Assembly (NCBI GenBank): GCA_963836075.1
Contig: CAWIIB010000009.1
Span: 1,120,001 to 1,184,000, forward strand
DNA: 64,000 nt
Source: an uncultured Acidobacteriota bacterium
GTDB lineage: Bacteria; Acidobacteriota; JAQAZP01
Direction: 5' to 3'
Shown in pieces: positions 1 to 9,265 of this stretch. The notes beneath the pieces were generated by a model that saw nothing but the letters and a program-made list of their open reading frames with translations, ran no database searches and was not told the origin of the DNA. How positions within the stretch are numbered: position 1 is the first letter of the stretch; the number at the start of each line of letters is the position of its first letter. The position numbers and the translations under genes are program-made.

Positions 1-81
1 ATAGCTGGTTTCCAGTACCTCTCCGAGGCCCCAGTCCGTTAATGTTGGATGCTTGACTCGACTGCCTTTTTGAAATGTCAT
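1..81 (-). CDS. 5' part of a DUF3553-like (SH3/Tudor-like) protein, running off the window edge
   Basis: Manual translation MTFQKGSRVKHPTLTDWGLGEVLETSY; GAGG RBS upstream; the RVxHP...WGLGxV motif resembles DUF3553. Confidence 0.5.
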   Translation of the reverse strand, partial: MTFQKGSRVKHPTLTDWGLGEVLETSY

Positions 82-232
82 GCTTACCTCGGGTTACGGT
101 TTATCGGGAAGTGCCTCATCCTTGAGGGTCAGATTCCTCGAGACCTAATGTACTGCTCAACCCGCCGATCCTTGAGCAAATGATTCACCTGCGTGATCAT
201 CTTATCATCCGCTCGCTCCAAATCCACATTTT

Positions 233-391
233 TTATCCCAGGTGCTCGGCATCAGTGGGTGTGCCGGGTTCGGGGAAGACCAGCAGGTCGGCTGTATTGC
301 CCTCGCCGGCCACCCATCGGATGGTGGCCTGGCTGGCCTACCGGTCACCGAAGAGCGGACCGAACCGGGCGTAGCCGATGGTTTTCATCAT
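233..391 (-). pseudogene. Truncated carbon-nitrogen hydrolase (nitrilase family) remnant
   Basis: ATGA overlap with the rsmI stop; reads MMKTIGYARFGPLFGDR*ASQATIRWVAGEGNTADLLVFPEPG; ADLLVFPE is the nitrilase catalytic-Glu motif; in-frame TAG at 338-340 and the frame ends at 233. Confidence 0.55.
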
Positions 392-1257
392 GGGTTCTTC
401 CCCAGCGACGCGTTGTAGGCCCGGCTCCTGGGCACACCCAGCAGCGTTGCGGCCAGTTCTGACGCCGCCTTCCGCTTGAGATCCCGCTCTTCAGCCAGCC
501 AGTTGACGAAGCTGCCCAGGGCCTGGTCGTCCAGGTCGCCGGGGAGCCGTCCCCCATCCTTCTGGCTCGTCTTTTCCAGGGGCGCGACCACCAGGGTGAT
601 CTCACCCCGCGGCTTCGTTTCCCGGAAGTGCTCCAGCAGTTCTTCCGCCGTGCCCCGCAGCACCTCCTCGTGGACCTTGGTCAGTTCCCGGGCCACGGCG
701 ACCTGGCGGGCGGGGCCGAACACGTCGGCCAGATCTTCGAGCATCGCCTCCAGACGGTGGGGCGCTTCGTAGAGCACCAGGGCCAGGGGGTACGAGACGG
801 CTTCTTCCAGCGCCCTGCGCCTGGCGCCGTGCTTTGGCGGGAGGAAACCGAGGAAGGCGAACCCGGCGGTGGAGATGCCGGAGACGGTGAGGGCGGCCAG
901 GGCGGCCGAGGGGCCGGGGACCGGCACCACCTTCACTCCGGCCTCCGCGGCCTTGTGCACCAGGCGGTATCCGGGGTCGGAGATGGCCGGGGTGCCGGCG
1001 TCGCTGACCAGGGCCAGGTCCTCGCCGTCCAGCAGTCGCTGGAGCAGCTTCTCGCACTTCTCCTTCTCGTTGTGCTCGTGAAAACTGGTGCGAGGGGTGC
1101 TGATGCCGTGGCGGTCAAAGAGCCGGGCGGTGTGACGGGTGTCCTCGCAGGCCACCAGCTCCGCCTCTTCCAGCACCCGCAGGGCCCGGAGGGTGATGTC
1201 CTCCAGGTTGCCGATGGGCGTGCTCACCAGGTAGAGGGTTCCGGCCGGTTTTACCAT
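388..1257 (-). CDS. rsmI: 16S rRNA (cytidine1402-2'-O)-methyltransferase
   Basis: LYLVSTPIGNLEDITLRA, ACEDTR, SDAGTPAISDPG, YEAPHR, ARELTKVHEE motifs. Confidence 0.96.
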   Translation of the reverse strand: MVKPAGTLYLVSTPIGNLEDITLRALRVLEEAELVACEDTRHTARLFDRHGISTPRTSFHEHNEKEKCEKLLQRLLDGEDLALVSDAGTPAISDPGYRLVHKAAEAGVKVVPVPGPSAALAALTVSGISTAGFAFLGFLPPKHGARRRALEEAVSYPLALVLYEAPHRLEAMLEDLADVFGPARQVAVARELTKVHEEVLRGTAEELLEHFRETKPRGEITLVVAPLEKTSQKDGGRLPGDLDDQALGSFVNWLAEERDLKRKAASELAATLLGVPRSRAYNASLGKNP

Positions 1258-1260
1258 GGT

Positions 1261-2085
1261 TCAGAGGTCCGGTTCGTAGGGTCCGTCGGTGATCCGGGCC
1301 GCTGCCGGCAGGCTGCGCTTGAAGCGCATGCCGCGGATCAAACCCACCACCTTGTCCACCGCGTCTGCCGCCAGATCGTATGGCGGGGCGGAGAGCGCCT
1401 GCGGGGCCAGCCGCAGGTTGCAGAGGCCGTGGAGGATGCGGTCGGCCATCTCGTAGGTCAGGCCCAGCTCCTCCTCGTCGGTCTGGCCGGCCCAGAGGTC
1501 GGCCGAGGGGGCCTTGGTGATGATTGACTGGGGAATGTCCAGCCAGGCGGCGAGCCGGCGGACCTGGGTCTTGAACAGGTCGGCGACGGGATTGAGGGCA
1601 CAGGCGTTGTCACCAAACATGGTGGTGTAGCCGAGCATCGCCTCGGTCTTGTTCCCGGTGCCCAGCACCAGGGCGTCCAGTTGCGGGGAGAAGTCGTAGA
1701 GTACGGCCATCCGCTGGCGGGCCATCATGTTGCCGCGGCGGACCTGGTCGGCGTCGGGGTAGCCCTCGTAGTAGGCGTCCACCATGGGGGTGATGTCCAC
1801 GGTAATGGCGGTGATGCCGAGCTGGGCGGCCAGGTTTTTTGCGTCCCTCACGTTCTCCGGGTTGCTCGAGCTGTAGGGCATGATCAGGGCGGTGACGTTC
1901 TGCGGGCCCAGGGCGCGCACGGCCAGGGTGCAGGAGACGGCCGAGTCGATGCCGCCGGAGAGGCCCACCACCAGCCGGCCGAAGCCGGCCCGCATCAGCT
2001 CCTCCCTGATGAAGGCCTCCAGTTGATCGGCCACCACCTCGGGATCGATTTCCAGCGCCTGTTCCCAGTCCATTCCAGTCCCCAT
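1261..2085 (-). CDS. nadE: NH3-dependent NAD+ synthetase
   Basis: VVGLSGGIDS, GNMMARQRM, GTGNKTE, KAPSADLWAGQTDEEELG; no glutaminase domain. Confidence 0.94.
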   Translation of the reverse strand: MGTGMDWEQALEIDPEVVADQLEAFIREELMRAGFGRLVVGLSGGIDSAVSCTLAVRALGPQNVTALIMPYSSSNPENVRDAKNLAAQLGITAITVDITPMVDAYYEGYPDADQVRRGNMMARQRMAVLYDFSPQLDALVLGTGNKTEAMLGYTTMFGDNACALNPVADLFKTQVRRLAAWLDIPQSIITKAPSADLWAGQTDEEELGLTYEMADRILHGLCNLRLAPQALSAPPYDLAADAVDKVVGLIRGMRFKRSLPAAARITDGPYEPDL

Positions 2086-2094
2086 TATTCTTTT

Positions 2095-2147
2095 CTGTCA
2101 TCGCGAGGAGCCCGAAGGGCGACGTGGCGATCTCCTCGCAGTGACAG
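2095..2147. repeat. REP-like palindromic element (GTCAT(C/T)GCGAG type)
   Basis: ctgtcatcgcgaggag...ctcctcgcagtgacag inverted repeat (14/16) with inner gccc-gaa-gggc hairpin, between divergent nadE and lptD. Confidence 0.55.
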
Positions 2148-2265
2148 CGCCTGGCCCTTGCGAGAGTGAAATTGTAGCACAATCCACCGGGAGTAGACCT
2201 CTCATGAACGGCAGCCGTAAATGGTGTAGAATCAGCCGTGCTCTCGTTGAAAAGCCCGGAGGTTC

Positions 2266-4698
2266 ATGGTACTGTCGATTGCCGTCACTGAAGGCTTTCC
2301 ATTGTTGCCCCTGTTCGCCCCTGAGGTTCGGCCCTTGAAGTGCCGGAAAAGATTCATCAGCCAGATTTTGCCGTTCTTTCTGCTCTGCCTTCTGCTGGCC
2401 GGTTCCGGCGAGTTGTATTCCCAGCAGCTCCAGGCGGGGAAGAAAGGAGGCCAGGGGATGCAGGGCCAGGATGCCTTTCCCCCGCCCGATGATGAGGACG
2501 AGGAGGATGGGACCGGGCGGTCCCGGGTGGGACGGATCCACTTCTCCGACCTCCTGCCCCTCGGGGAAAACGACATCGGCATCTACGCCCTGTTCCAGGA
2601 GCAGCCCTCCCCCGACGTCTGGGTCGGGTCGGGCTACGTGGACATCCGGTTCAAGGACACCCGTCTGCAGGCGGACAAGATCACCCTCTACCTGCTGACC
2701 AACGACGTGGTGGCCGAGGGCAACGTGGTTTTCGGCCATCCCGGGCAGCAGGTCACCGGCCAGCGGGCCACGATCAACATCGAGACCGGGCTGGGCACCA
2801 TCTGGGAGAGCACCGGTTTTTTCTCCCCCGGGATCTACGTCACCGCCGAGCAGCTGGATTATTACCAGACCGACTGGGTCCGCACCGGCAAGGCCACCTT
2901 CACCTCCTGTGACCAGCCGACACCCGACTGGAGCTTCAGGGTCAAGAAATCACGGCTGCACCTGGAGAACTACGCCTGGCTCACCTACCCCCGCTTCGCG
3001 ATCAAGAACGCCACCCTGGTCCCCTTGCCCTACCTGATCTGGCCGATCAAGACCGAGCGGAGCAGCGGTTTTCTCTTCCCCAGCATCGGGATGTCGCAAA
3101 ATCGCGGGTTCCACGTGGGCGTCCCGTTCTTCTGGGTCATCTCGGACAGCGCCGATGCCGAGCTGCGCTACGATTACTACACCAAGTGGGGCAACGGCTT
3201 CGGCGCCATCGCCCGCTACTACGTGGGCCAGTTCGGCAGCGGTTTCTTTGACGGCTACCTGTTGCAGGACAAAATCGATGACACAACCCGCTGGAAGGTC
3301 GAGTACCAGCACTTGCAGGACCTGCTCTATGACTGGCGCATCGGGGTAGACGTCGACCTGAACAGCGACTGGGACTTCAACCGCGAGTATTCCAGCGATT
3401 ATGCCTCCTTCGGCCGGCGATCCACCAGCGCCCAGGGCTATGCCTCGCGCAGCTGGTCCAACTACTCGTTCAACGCCGTGTTCCAGACCATCGAAACCAG
3501 TTACGAGAGCGGGGGGTTTTCGGATGTGGTGCGGCGCGAGCTGCCGAGCATCGACTTCGAGGGGCGCAAGCAGCGGCTCTGGGGCTCGCCGGTCTACTTC
3601 GAGTTCAACAGCAGATACGGCAACCTCTACATCCAGGATTACCGAAACGAGCGGCAGTTCAACCGCCTCGACCTCTCACCCATCGTGAGTATGCCGATCA
3701 AGAAAATCTCCTGGCTGAAGATCAACCCCGAGATCGGCTACCGCTACACCTACTACGACCACCAGGTGCCGCTGGACAAGGACGGCAACGGGATCCAGGA
3801 GGCCGACCTGCTGAAGGAGGACCTGACCCGGAGGTATTTTTTCTCCACGGTGGAGTTCATCGGGCCGTCCTTCTCCAAGATTTTCGACACCCCGCGGAGC
3901 TTCTACTCGAGCAAGATCAAGCACCTCATCGAGCCGCAGTTCTCCTACAACTACATCTCCCCGGTGAACAACCTCGCGTCGGTGCCCTACTTTGACTACG
4001 GTGACACGGTGCTGGAGGTGAACGAGGTCCAATACGCGCTGGTCAACCGTCTCTTTGCCAAGCGGAAGATCACCGAGGAAGGCCAGCCGGTGAGCCATGA
4101 GTTCCTGACCCTGGAGATCTCGCAGAAGTATTCGGTGGACCCCGAGCTGAGCACCTCCTACGGCCGGCAGTTCAACCCGTACACCGGCGGATATTACGAG
4201 GCCGAGGACCTGATCAAGCGCACTTCGCCCTGGCGCACCCGGCTGCAGATCGCGCCCACGCGGAACTTCTCCTTCGACTACGAGATATACTACGACACTG
4301 ACCTCGCCACGGTGGTGCAGCGCCGGTACGGCATTCGGATGCGGAAGCAGGACCGCTTCTTTGCTTCCGTCTCCTACAACGATAACCCTCTTCCTCCCCC
4401 CGGACGCGAGACGATCATGGGGGCGGTGGGTGTGGAACTGTTCGACAGGCGAATTCGCGCCGAGGTCGCCACCCAGTACCACTTCACGGTGGGCTACCGC
4501 CCGCGGGAGCAATTCAGGTTCGTCTACTTCGGCCAGTGCTACAGCTTCCAGATTGAGTACCTCAACTACAGTTACCGGTCCGGCGCCGACTTTGACGACA
4601 GTCTGTCCGACCGGCGGATCGAAGCCACCCTCACCCTGACCCACATCGGCGACATCTTCCGCTACCGCGACCGCTCGGACGGTTTCGGCGGTTCATAG
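2266..4698 (+). CDS. lptD: LPS-assembly outer-membrane protein LptD (start codon uncertain)
   Basis: OstA-like N-terminus (LQADKI, VAEGNV), FTSC..P.W, RSSGFLFP, KHLIEP, aromatic beta-strand C-terminus with QCYS. Confidence 0.85.
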   Translation: MVLSIAVTEGFPLLPLFAPEVRPLKCRKRFISQILPFFLLCLLLAGSGELYSQQLQAGKKGGQGMQGQDAFPPPDDEDEEDGTGRSRVGRIHFSDLLPLGENDIGIYALFQEQPSPDVWVGSGYVDIRFKDTRLQADKITLYLLTNDVVAEGNVVFGHPGQQVTGQRATINIETGLGTIWESTGFFSPGIYVTAEQLDYYQTDWVRTGKATFTSCDQPTPDWSFRVKKSRLHLENYAWLTYPRFAIKNATLVPLPYLIWPIKTERSSGFLFPSIGMSQNRGFHVGVPFFWVISDSADAELRYDYYTKWGNGFGAIARYYVGQFGSGFFDGYLLQDKIDDTTRWKVEYQHLQDLLYDWRIGVDVDLNSDWDFNREYSSDYASFGRRSTSAQGYASRSWSNYSFNAVFQTIETSYESGGFSDVVRRELPSIDFEGRKQRLWGSPVYFEFNSRYGNLYIQDYRNERQFNRLDLSPIVSMPIKKISWLKINPEIGYRYTYYDHQVPLDKDGNGIQEADLLKEDLTRRYFFSTVEFIGPSFSKIFDTPRSFYSSKIKHLIEPQFSYNYISPVNNLASVPYFDYGDTVLEVNEVQYALVNRLFAKRKITEEGQPVSHEFLTLEISQKYSVDPELSTSYGRQFNPYTGGYYEAEDLIKRTSPWRTRLQIAPTRNFSFDYEIYYDTDLATVVQRRYGIRMRKQDRFFASVSYNDNPLPPPGRETIMGAVGVELFDRRIRAEVATQYHFTVGYRPREQFRFVYFGQCYSFQIEYLNYSYRSGADFDDSLSDRRIEATLTLTHIGDIFRYRDRSDGFGGS

Positions 4699-4705
4699 GG
4701 TGGTC

Positions 4706-4855
4706 GGGGACGTACTTGAATTTATGCGTAAATCGGCAAATCTGGGACGCACATAACTTTATTGGTTATCGATCCAGCTGCTGATATCCGTTATTGTTTT
4801 GCCGTCTCCCGAGCCGATCTGTCGAGCGGTAAGTTATAAAGTTATGTACGTCCCC
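4706..4855. repeat. GGGACGTACATA-family inverted-repeat element (REP/MITE-like), copy 1
   Basis: 19-bp IR 4744-4762 / 4836-4854 (1 mismatch) plus an extra half-site ggggacgtac at 4706; same termini as 21150..21297. Confidence 0.7.
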
Positions 4856-4931
4856 CAGGTCAAATTGACACGATACAGTTCAGTTGATAGATTTTGTGCC
4901 CTGGCTTGAAGCCGGATCGGGAGGGACTGGC

Positions 4932-5804
4932 GTGGAATACAAGCGGATACTGGTGCTGGGCGCCGCGGGGATGCTGGGGCAGGACCTGGTGGAACACCTG
5001 CGCGGGCAACTGCGCAACGGCGGCGAGGTCTTTGCCGCCGACCTGGAGCAGTTCGACATCACCAACCGTGAGGCCGCGCTGTCCTGGGTGGCCGACTTCG
5101 GCCCGGACCTGGTGATCAACTGCGCCGCTTACACCAACGTGGACGGCGCGGAGGAGAACCGCGAGGCGGCCCTGGCCGTCAACCGCGACGGCGCGGGCAA
5201 TGCGGCCGAGGCGGCTGCCCTGGCCGGCGCCCACTTCTACCAGATCTCCACCGACTTCATCTTCGACGGCACCAAGCACGGCCTCTATCTCGAGGAGGAC
5301 CAGCCGAACCCGCTCTCGGTCTACGGCGCCTCCAAGTGGGAGGGGGAGCTGGCGGTGCGTGAGCGGCACCCGTCACCGGTGATCGTCCGCATTTCCTGGC
5401 TCTTCGGCCCCCGGGGCAAGAACTTTGTGCAGACCATGCTCAACCTCGGCAAGACCCGCGACGAACTGACCGTGGTGCACGACGAGGTGGGGCGGCCCAC
5501 CTACACCCGCGACCTCTGCCGCTGGCTCTGGTCGATGATGGAGGCCCGCCCGGCCGGGGAGGTCTTCAACGCCGCCAACAGCGGCCGCTGCAGCTGGTTC
5601 GAGTTCGCCTCGAGGATCATCGAGGAGGGGGGGCTGGCCAAACAGGTCACCGTCCGGCCAACCACTGCGGCGGAATGGGACGCCCCGGCACCCCGGCCGC
5701 CCTGCTCCGTCCTCTCTCTCGACAAGCTCACCGCCCTTATCGGCTATCCCCCCCGGCCCTGGGAGGAAGCCCTCAAGGATTACATTCGTTTCAGCGAAAA
5801 GTAA
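4932..5804 (+). CDS. rfbD: dTDP-4-dehydrorhamnose reductase
   Basis: GAAGMLG, NCAAYTNVD, STDFIFDG, YGASK, APRP; GTG start after GAGGG. Confidence 0.92.
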   Translation: MEYKRILVLGAAGMLGQDLVEHLRGQLRNGGEVFAADLEQFDITNREAALSWVADFGPDLVINCAAYTNVDGAEENREAALAVNRDGAGNAAEAAALAGAHFYQISTDFIFDGTKHGLYLEEDQPNPLSVYGASKWEGELAVRERHPSPVIVRISWLFGPRGKNFVQTMLNLGKTRDELTVVHDEVGRPTYTRDLCRWLWSMMEARPAGEVFNAANSGRCSWFEFASRIIEEGGLAKQVTVRPTTAAEWDAPAPRPPCSVLSLDKLTALIGYPPRPWEEALKDYIRFSEK

Positions 5805-5820
5805 CTGAAGGGGAAGCGAC

Positions 5821-6771
5821 ATGAGAGTTCTCATCACGGGCATCGCCGGTTTTGTCGGCAGCCACCTCAGCGACCTTTTGCTGGACGCCGGATGCGAGGT
5901 CACCGGGATTTCCTATCCCGGGTTCCCCCTGCACCGGATCTCCGGTCACCTGGACAAGATCGACCTCTTCCAGGCCGACATCCTCGCCCCCCAGGAGATG
6001 GAGGAGGTCTTCCGCATCAGCAGGCCGGAGCGGGTCTACCACCTGGCCGCGGTGAGCAGTGTCCGCCAGTCGTGGAAGAACCGCAGGCAGACCATGGAGA
6101 CCAACGTCATCGGCACGATGAACATTCTGGAGGCGGCCCGGGAGATGTCGATCCCACCGCGGGTGCTGCTGGTCAGCACCTCCGAGGTCTACGGCACGGT
6201 GCCCGAAGAGGACCAGCCGGTGCTGGAGCAGTATCCCGTGCTGCCCTCCAGCCCCTACGCGGCGAGCAAGGCGGCCCAGGAACTGCTGGGCTACCAGTAT
6301 TCGGCCGGCGAGGGCGTGCACACGGTGATCGTCCGCGCCTTCAACCACACCGGCCCGGGCCAGGACGGGGACTTTGTCTGCTCCAGCTTCGCCCGCCAGA
6401 TCGCCAGGGCGGAGAAGGGGCTCACCGAGCCGGTGATCGAGGTGGGGAACCTCGAGGCGCGACGGGATTTCAGTGACGTGCGCGACATGGTGGGCGCCTA
6501 CCACGCGGCACTGGAGAACGGGCGTTCGGGTGGGCTCTACAATATCTGCTCCGGCCAGGCCCACTCGATCAACGACCTGCTGCAGATGATGCTGGGGATG
6601 AGCGAGACCACGCTGGAAGTCCGCCAGTCACCCGAGCTGATGCGGCCCCTGGACATCCCCCTGATCCTCGGTTCGAACCGCCGGTTCTCCGAGGAGGTGG
6701 GCTGGGAGCCGGCCATCCCCATCGAGACCACTCTGCGCGACCTGCTTGACTACTGGCGCGAAAAAGTCTGA
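5821..6771 (+). CDS. GDP-mannose 4,6-dehydratase / GDP-6-deoxy-mannose reductase (Rmd)-like SDR
   Basis: LITGIAGFVGSH, HLAA, YAASK, RAFNHTGPGQ, VGNL...RDFSDVRD. Confidence 0.82.
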   Translation: MRVLITGIAGFVGSHLSDLLLDAGCEVTGISYPGFPLHRISGHLDKIDLFQADILAPQEMEEVFRISRPERVYHLAAVSSVRQSWKNRRQTMETNVIGTMNILEAAREMSIPPRVLLVSTSEVYGTVPEEDQPVLEQYPVLPSSPYAASKAAQELLGYQYSAGEGVHTVIVRAFNHTGPGQDGDFVCSSFARQIARAEKGLTEPVIEVGNLEARRDFSDVRDMVGAYHAALENGRSGGLYNICSGQAHSINDLLQMMLGMSETTLEVRQSPELMRPLDIPLILGSNRRFSEEVGWEPAIPIETTLRDLLDYWREKV

Positions 6772-6772
6772 T

Positions 6773-6914
6773 AAGCGGCTTCATAGCCTCATCTGTGGCC
6801 CGATAGCATCGTTGACGATTTCCTCGAAATGCTTACATACCACGAGAGTATGCTGCGCTTTCTCGTCAACCGTCGCCTCGCTCTCGAACCACAGTTGAGG
6901 CTATGAAACCACTT
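6773..6914. repeat. ~140-bp fold-back element (MITE-like)
   Basis: 26-bp terminal IR (3 mismatches) with nested pairs gttgacga/tcgtcaac and catac/gtatg. Confidence 0.6.
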
Positions 6915-7004
6915 CTATTCCCGAATGGATCTATTCTCAATACCGTTTGAAATTCATGGACAATGGCTTATCCTGACTGAAAATCGATTCATCAGGGGGT
7001 AACC

Positions 7005-9257
7005 ATGTCATATAGCACGCTGCGCCTGATCGCCATTTTCTCCTTCATTCTCCTTGCCGGCTCCGTGGCCACCCTGTCTCAAGCCACGGACATCCACGTT
7101 CCTGCCGACCACCCCACCATCCAGGCCGCTCTCGATGCTGCCGTCAACGGTGACACGGTGATTGTGGCCGACGGGGTCTGGACCGGTGCGGGGAACCGCG
7201 ACCTGGTGTTCAACGGCAAGGAAGTGCTGCTGGTATCGGTCAACGGCCCGCAGAACTGCACCATCGACTGTGAGGGATCGACAAGCGATCCCCACCGTGC
7301 CTTCGTCTTCGAGACCGGCGAGGGGCCGCTCACCGTGGTGCAGGGTTTCACCCTCACCGGCGGTTTTGCCGACCGGGGTGGGGCAATTGTCTGCGACGCC
7401 ACCTCGCCCACCATCCTCGACTGCGTGATCACCGGCAACGAGGCCCAGCAGCGCGGCGGCGGCATATCCTGCCACTACGCTTCGGCGGCACTGATCAGCG
7501 GCTGCGTGATCAGCGACAACACCGCGCTGGGCCTCACTCCGAACTTCGGCGGCGGCGGGCTCTCGCTGATCCACCAGTGCACGGTGCGGCTGGAGAACTG
7601 CCGGGTGGAGGGGAACAGCGGTTTCTACGGCGGGGGGATCAAGAACCGCTCCGGCAGCACCCTGGAGGCGGAGGGCTGCGTGATCACCGGCAACCAGGCG
7701 AACCAGGGAGGAGGACTGGCCAGCATCGCATACGCCGACACCTACTTCGTCAATTGCCTGATTGCCGGGAACACCTCGGATGGCCGCGGCGGGGGGATTT
7801 ACGCGTTCTCGGACTTCGGGGCGCCGGCGCCCATCGGCTACGGGTCCATGACCGACCTCAGCTTCTGCACCATGGTGGGTAACCAGGGATTGTCCTATGG
7901 TTCCGCCGTGTACATGGATGGTCTGGACAACCTGATGGTCAGCAACTCCATTGTCTGGGGCAACGGGCCCGTGCCGCTGGAGCCGTCCTATGCCGGGGAC
8001 GACGAGGTCACCTGGTCCGACATCGAGGGCGGTTACACCGGCTTCGGCAACATCGACGAGGACCCGCTCTTTGTCAGCGGCCCGCTGGGTGACCACTATC
8101 TCAGCCAGACCGCGGCGGGCCAGGCCGCCACCAGCCCCTGCGTGAATGCCGCCGACCCGTCGGCCGCGGCCCCTGACGGAACCACCCGCTCCGACTCGGA
8201 GCCCGACACCGGGGTGGCCGACATGGGCTGGCATTACGAACCGGTCCCTCCACCAGACATGCTGGTGACCGGTCCCGGGCCGGGGGTGGACAACCCGCCG
8301 CTGGTGCGGGTCTTCCCGGCGGAGCAGGATGCGGTCCATGTTTACGAATTCGCGGCATATGGTGCAACGCAGTATGGCGTCAATGTCACCTGCGGCGAAG
8401 TGACCGGTGACTCGCGGGACGAGATCATCACCGGCGCCGGGCCGGGTGCGATCTACGGCCCCCACGTGCGCGGCTTTGCCGTGGACGGCACCCCGCTGCC
8501 CGGGCTGAATTTCCTGGCCTACGGCACGAACAAGTACGGGGTCAACGTGGCCGCCGGCGATATCGACGGCGACGGCTACGACGAGATCGTTACCGGCGCC
8601 GGGCCCGGCGCGGTGTTCGGGCCCCACGTGCGGGGCTGGAACTACGACGGCACGGGGAAGGTCACCCCGGTCCCCGGGGTCAGCTACTTCGCCTACGGCA
8701 CGCCCAAGTGGGGGGTCAACGTCGCTTCCGGTGACCTGGACGGCGACGGCTACGACGAGATCGTCACCGGTGCCGGGCCCGGGGCGATTTACGGTCCCCA
8801 CGTCCGCGGCTGGAATGTGGACGGGGGCGCCGCGGCGGCCATCTCCGGGGTGAGCTTCTTTGCCTACGGGACCAACAAGTTCGGGGTCAACGTCAGCTGT
8901 GGCGACATCGATGGTGACGGCATGGCCGAAATCATCACCGGCGCCGGGCCGGGTCAGGTCTTCGGGGCCCACGTCCGGGGGTGGAATTGCGACGGCGCCG
9001 CCGTGATCGCCATCTCCGGCATCAACTTTTTTGCCTGGCCGCCGGAGGAGGTGCGTTTCGGGGCCCGGGTCAGCGCACTGGCCGACCTGAACGGCGACGG
9101 CCGGGCCGAGCTGCTGGTGGGACAGGGCCCCGACCCCGTTGCCTCGACGACGGTGAAGGTCTACCGCTACGACGGTGCGCAGCTCACGCCCTGGTTCGAC
9201 CTGGAGGCCTACCCCGGCCTGACCCACGGCGTCAACGTGGCCGCCGGCCGGTTCTGA
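7005..9257 (+). CDS. Secreted right-handed beta-helix protein with C-terminal FG-GAP (GPHVRGWN) module
   Basis: Signal peptide; VPADHPTIQAA; GGAI/GGGI repeats; six ~57-aa GDxDGDG repeats at the C-terminus. Confidence 0.85.
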   Translation: MSYSTLRLIAIFSFILLAGSVATLSQATDIHVPADHPTIQAALDAAVNGDTVIVADGVWTGAGNRDLVFNGKEVLLVSVNGPQNCTIDCEGSTSDPHRAFVFETGEGPLTVVQGFTLTGGFADRGGAIVCDATSPTILDCVITGNEAQQRGGGISCHYASAALISGCVISDNTALGLTPNFGGGGLSLIHQCTVRLENCRVEGNSGFYGGGIKNRSGSTLEAEGCVITGNQANQGGGLASIAYADTYFVNCLIAGNTSDGRGGGIYAFSDFGAPAPIGYGSMTDLSFCTMVGNQGLSYGSAVYMDGLDNLMVSNSIVWGNGPVPLEPSYAGDDEVTWSDIEGGYTGFGNIDEDPLFVSGPLGDHYLSQTAAGQAATSPCVNAADPSAAAPDGTTRSDSEPDTGVADMGWHYEPVPPPDMLVTGPGPGVDNPPLVRVFPAEQDAVHVYEFAAYGATQYGVNVTCGEVTGDSRDEIITGAGPGAIYGPHVRGFAVDGTPLPGLNFLAYGTNKYGVNVAAGDIDGDGYDEIVTGAGPGAVFGPHVRGWNYDGTGKVTPVPGVSYFAYGTPKWGVNVASGDLDGDGYDEIVTGAGPGAIYGPHVRGWNVDGGAAAAISGVSFFAYGTNKFGVNVSCGDIDGDGMAEIITGAGPGQVFGAHVRGWNCDGAAVIAISGINFFAWPPEEVRFGARVSALADLNGDGRAELLVGQGPDPVASTTVKVYRYDGAQLTPWFDLEAYPGLTHGVNVAAGRF

Positions 9258-9265
9258 CAACGCCG

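Noticed and set aside
1-30. atagctggtt resembling a 23S rRNA motif
   Set aside because: Similarity ends after about 10 nt and the minus strand reads as protein
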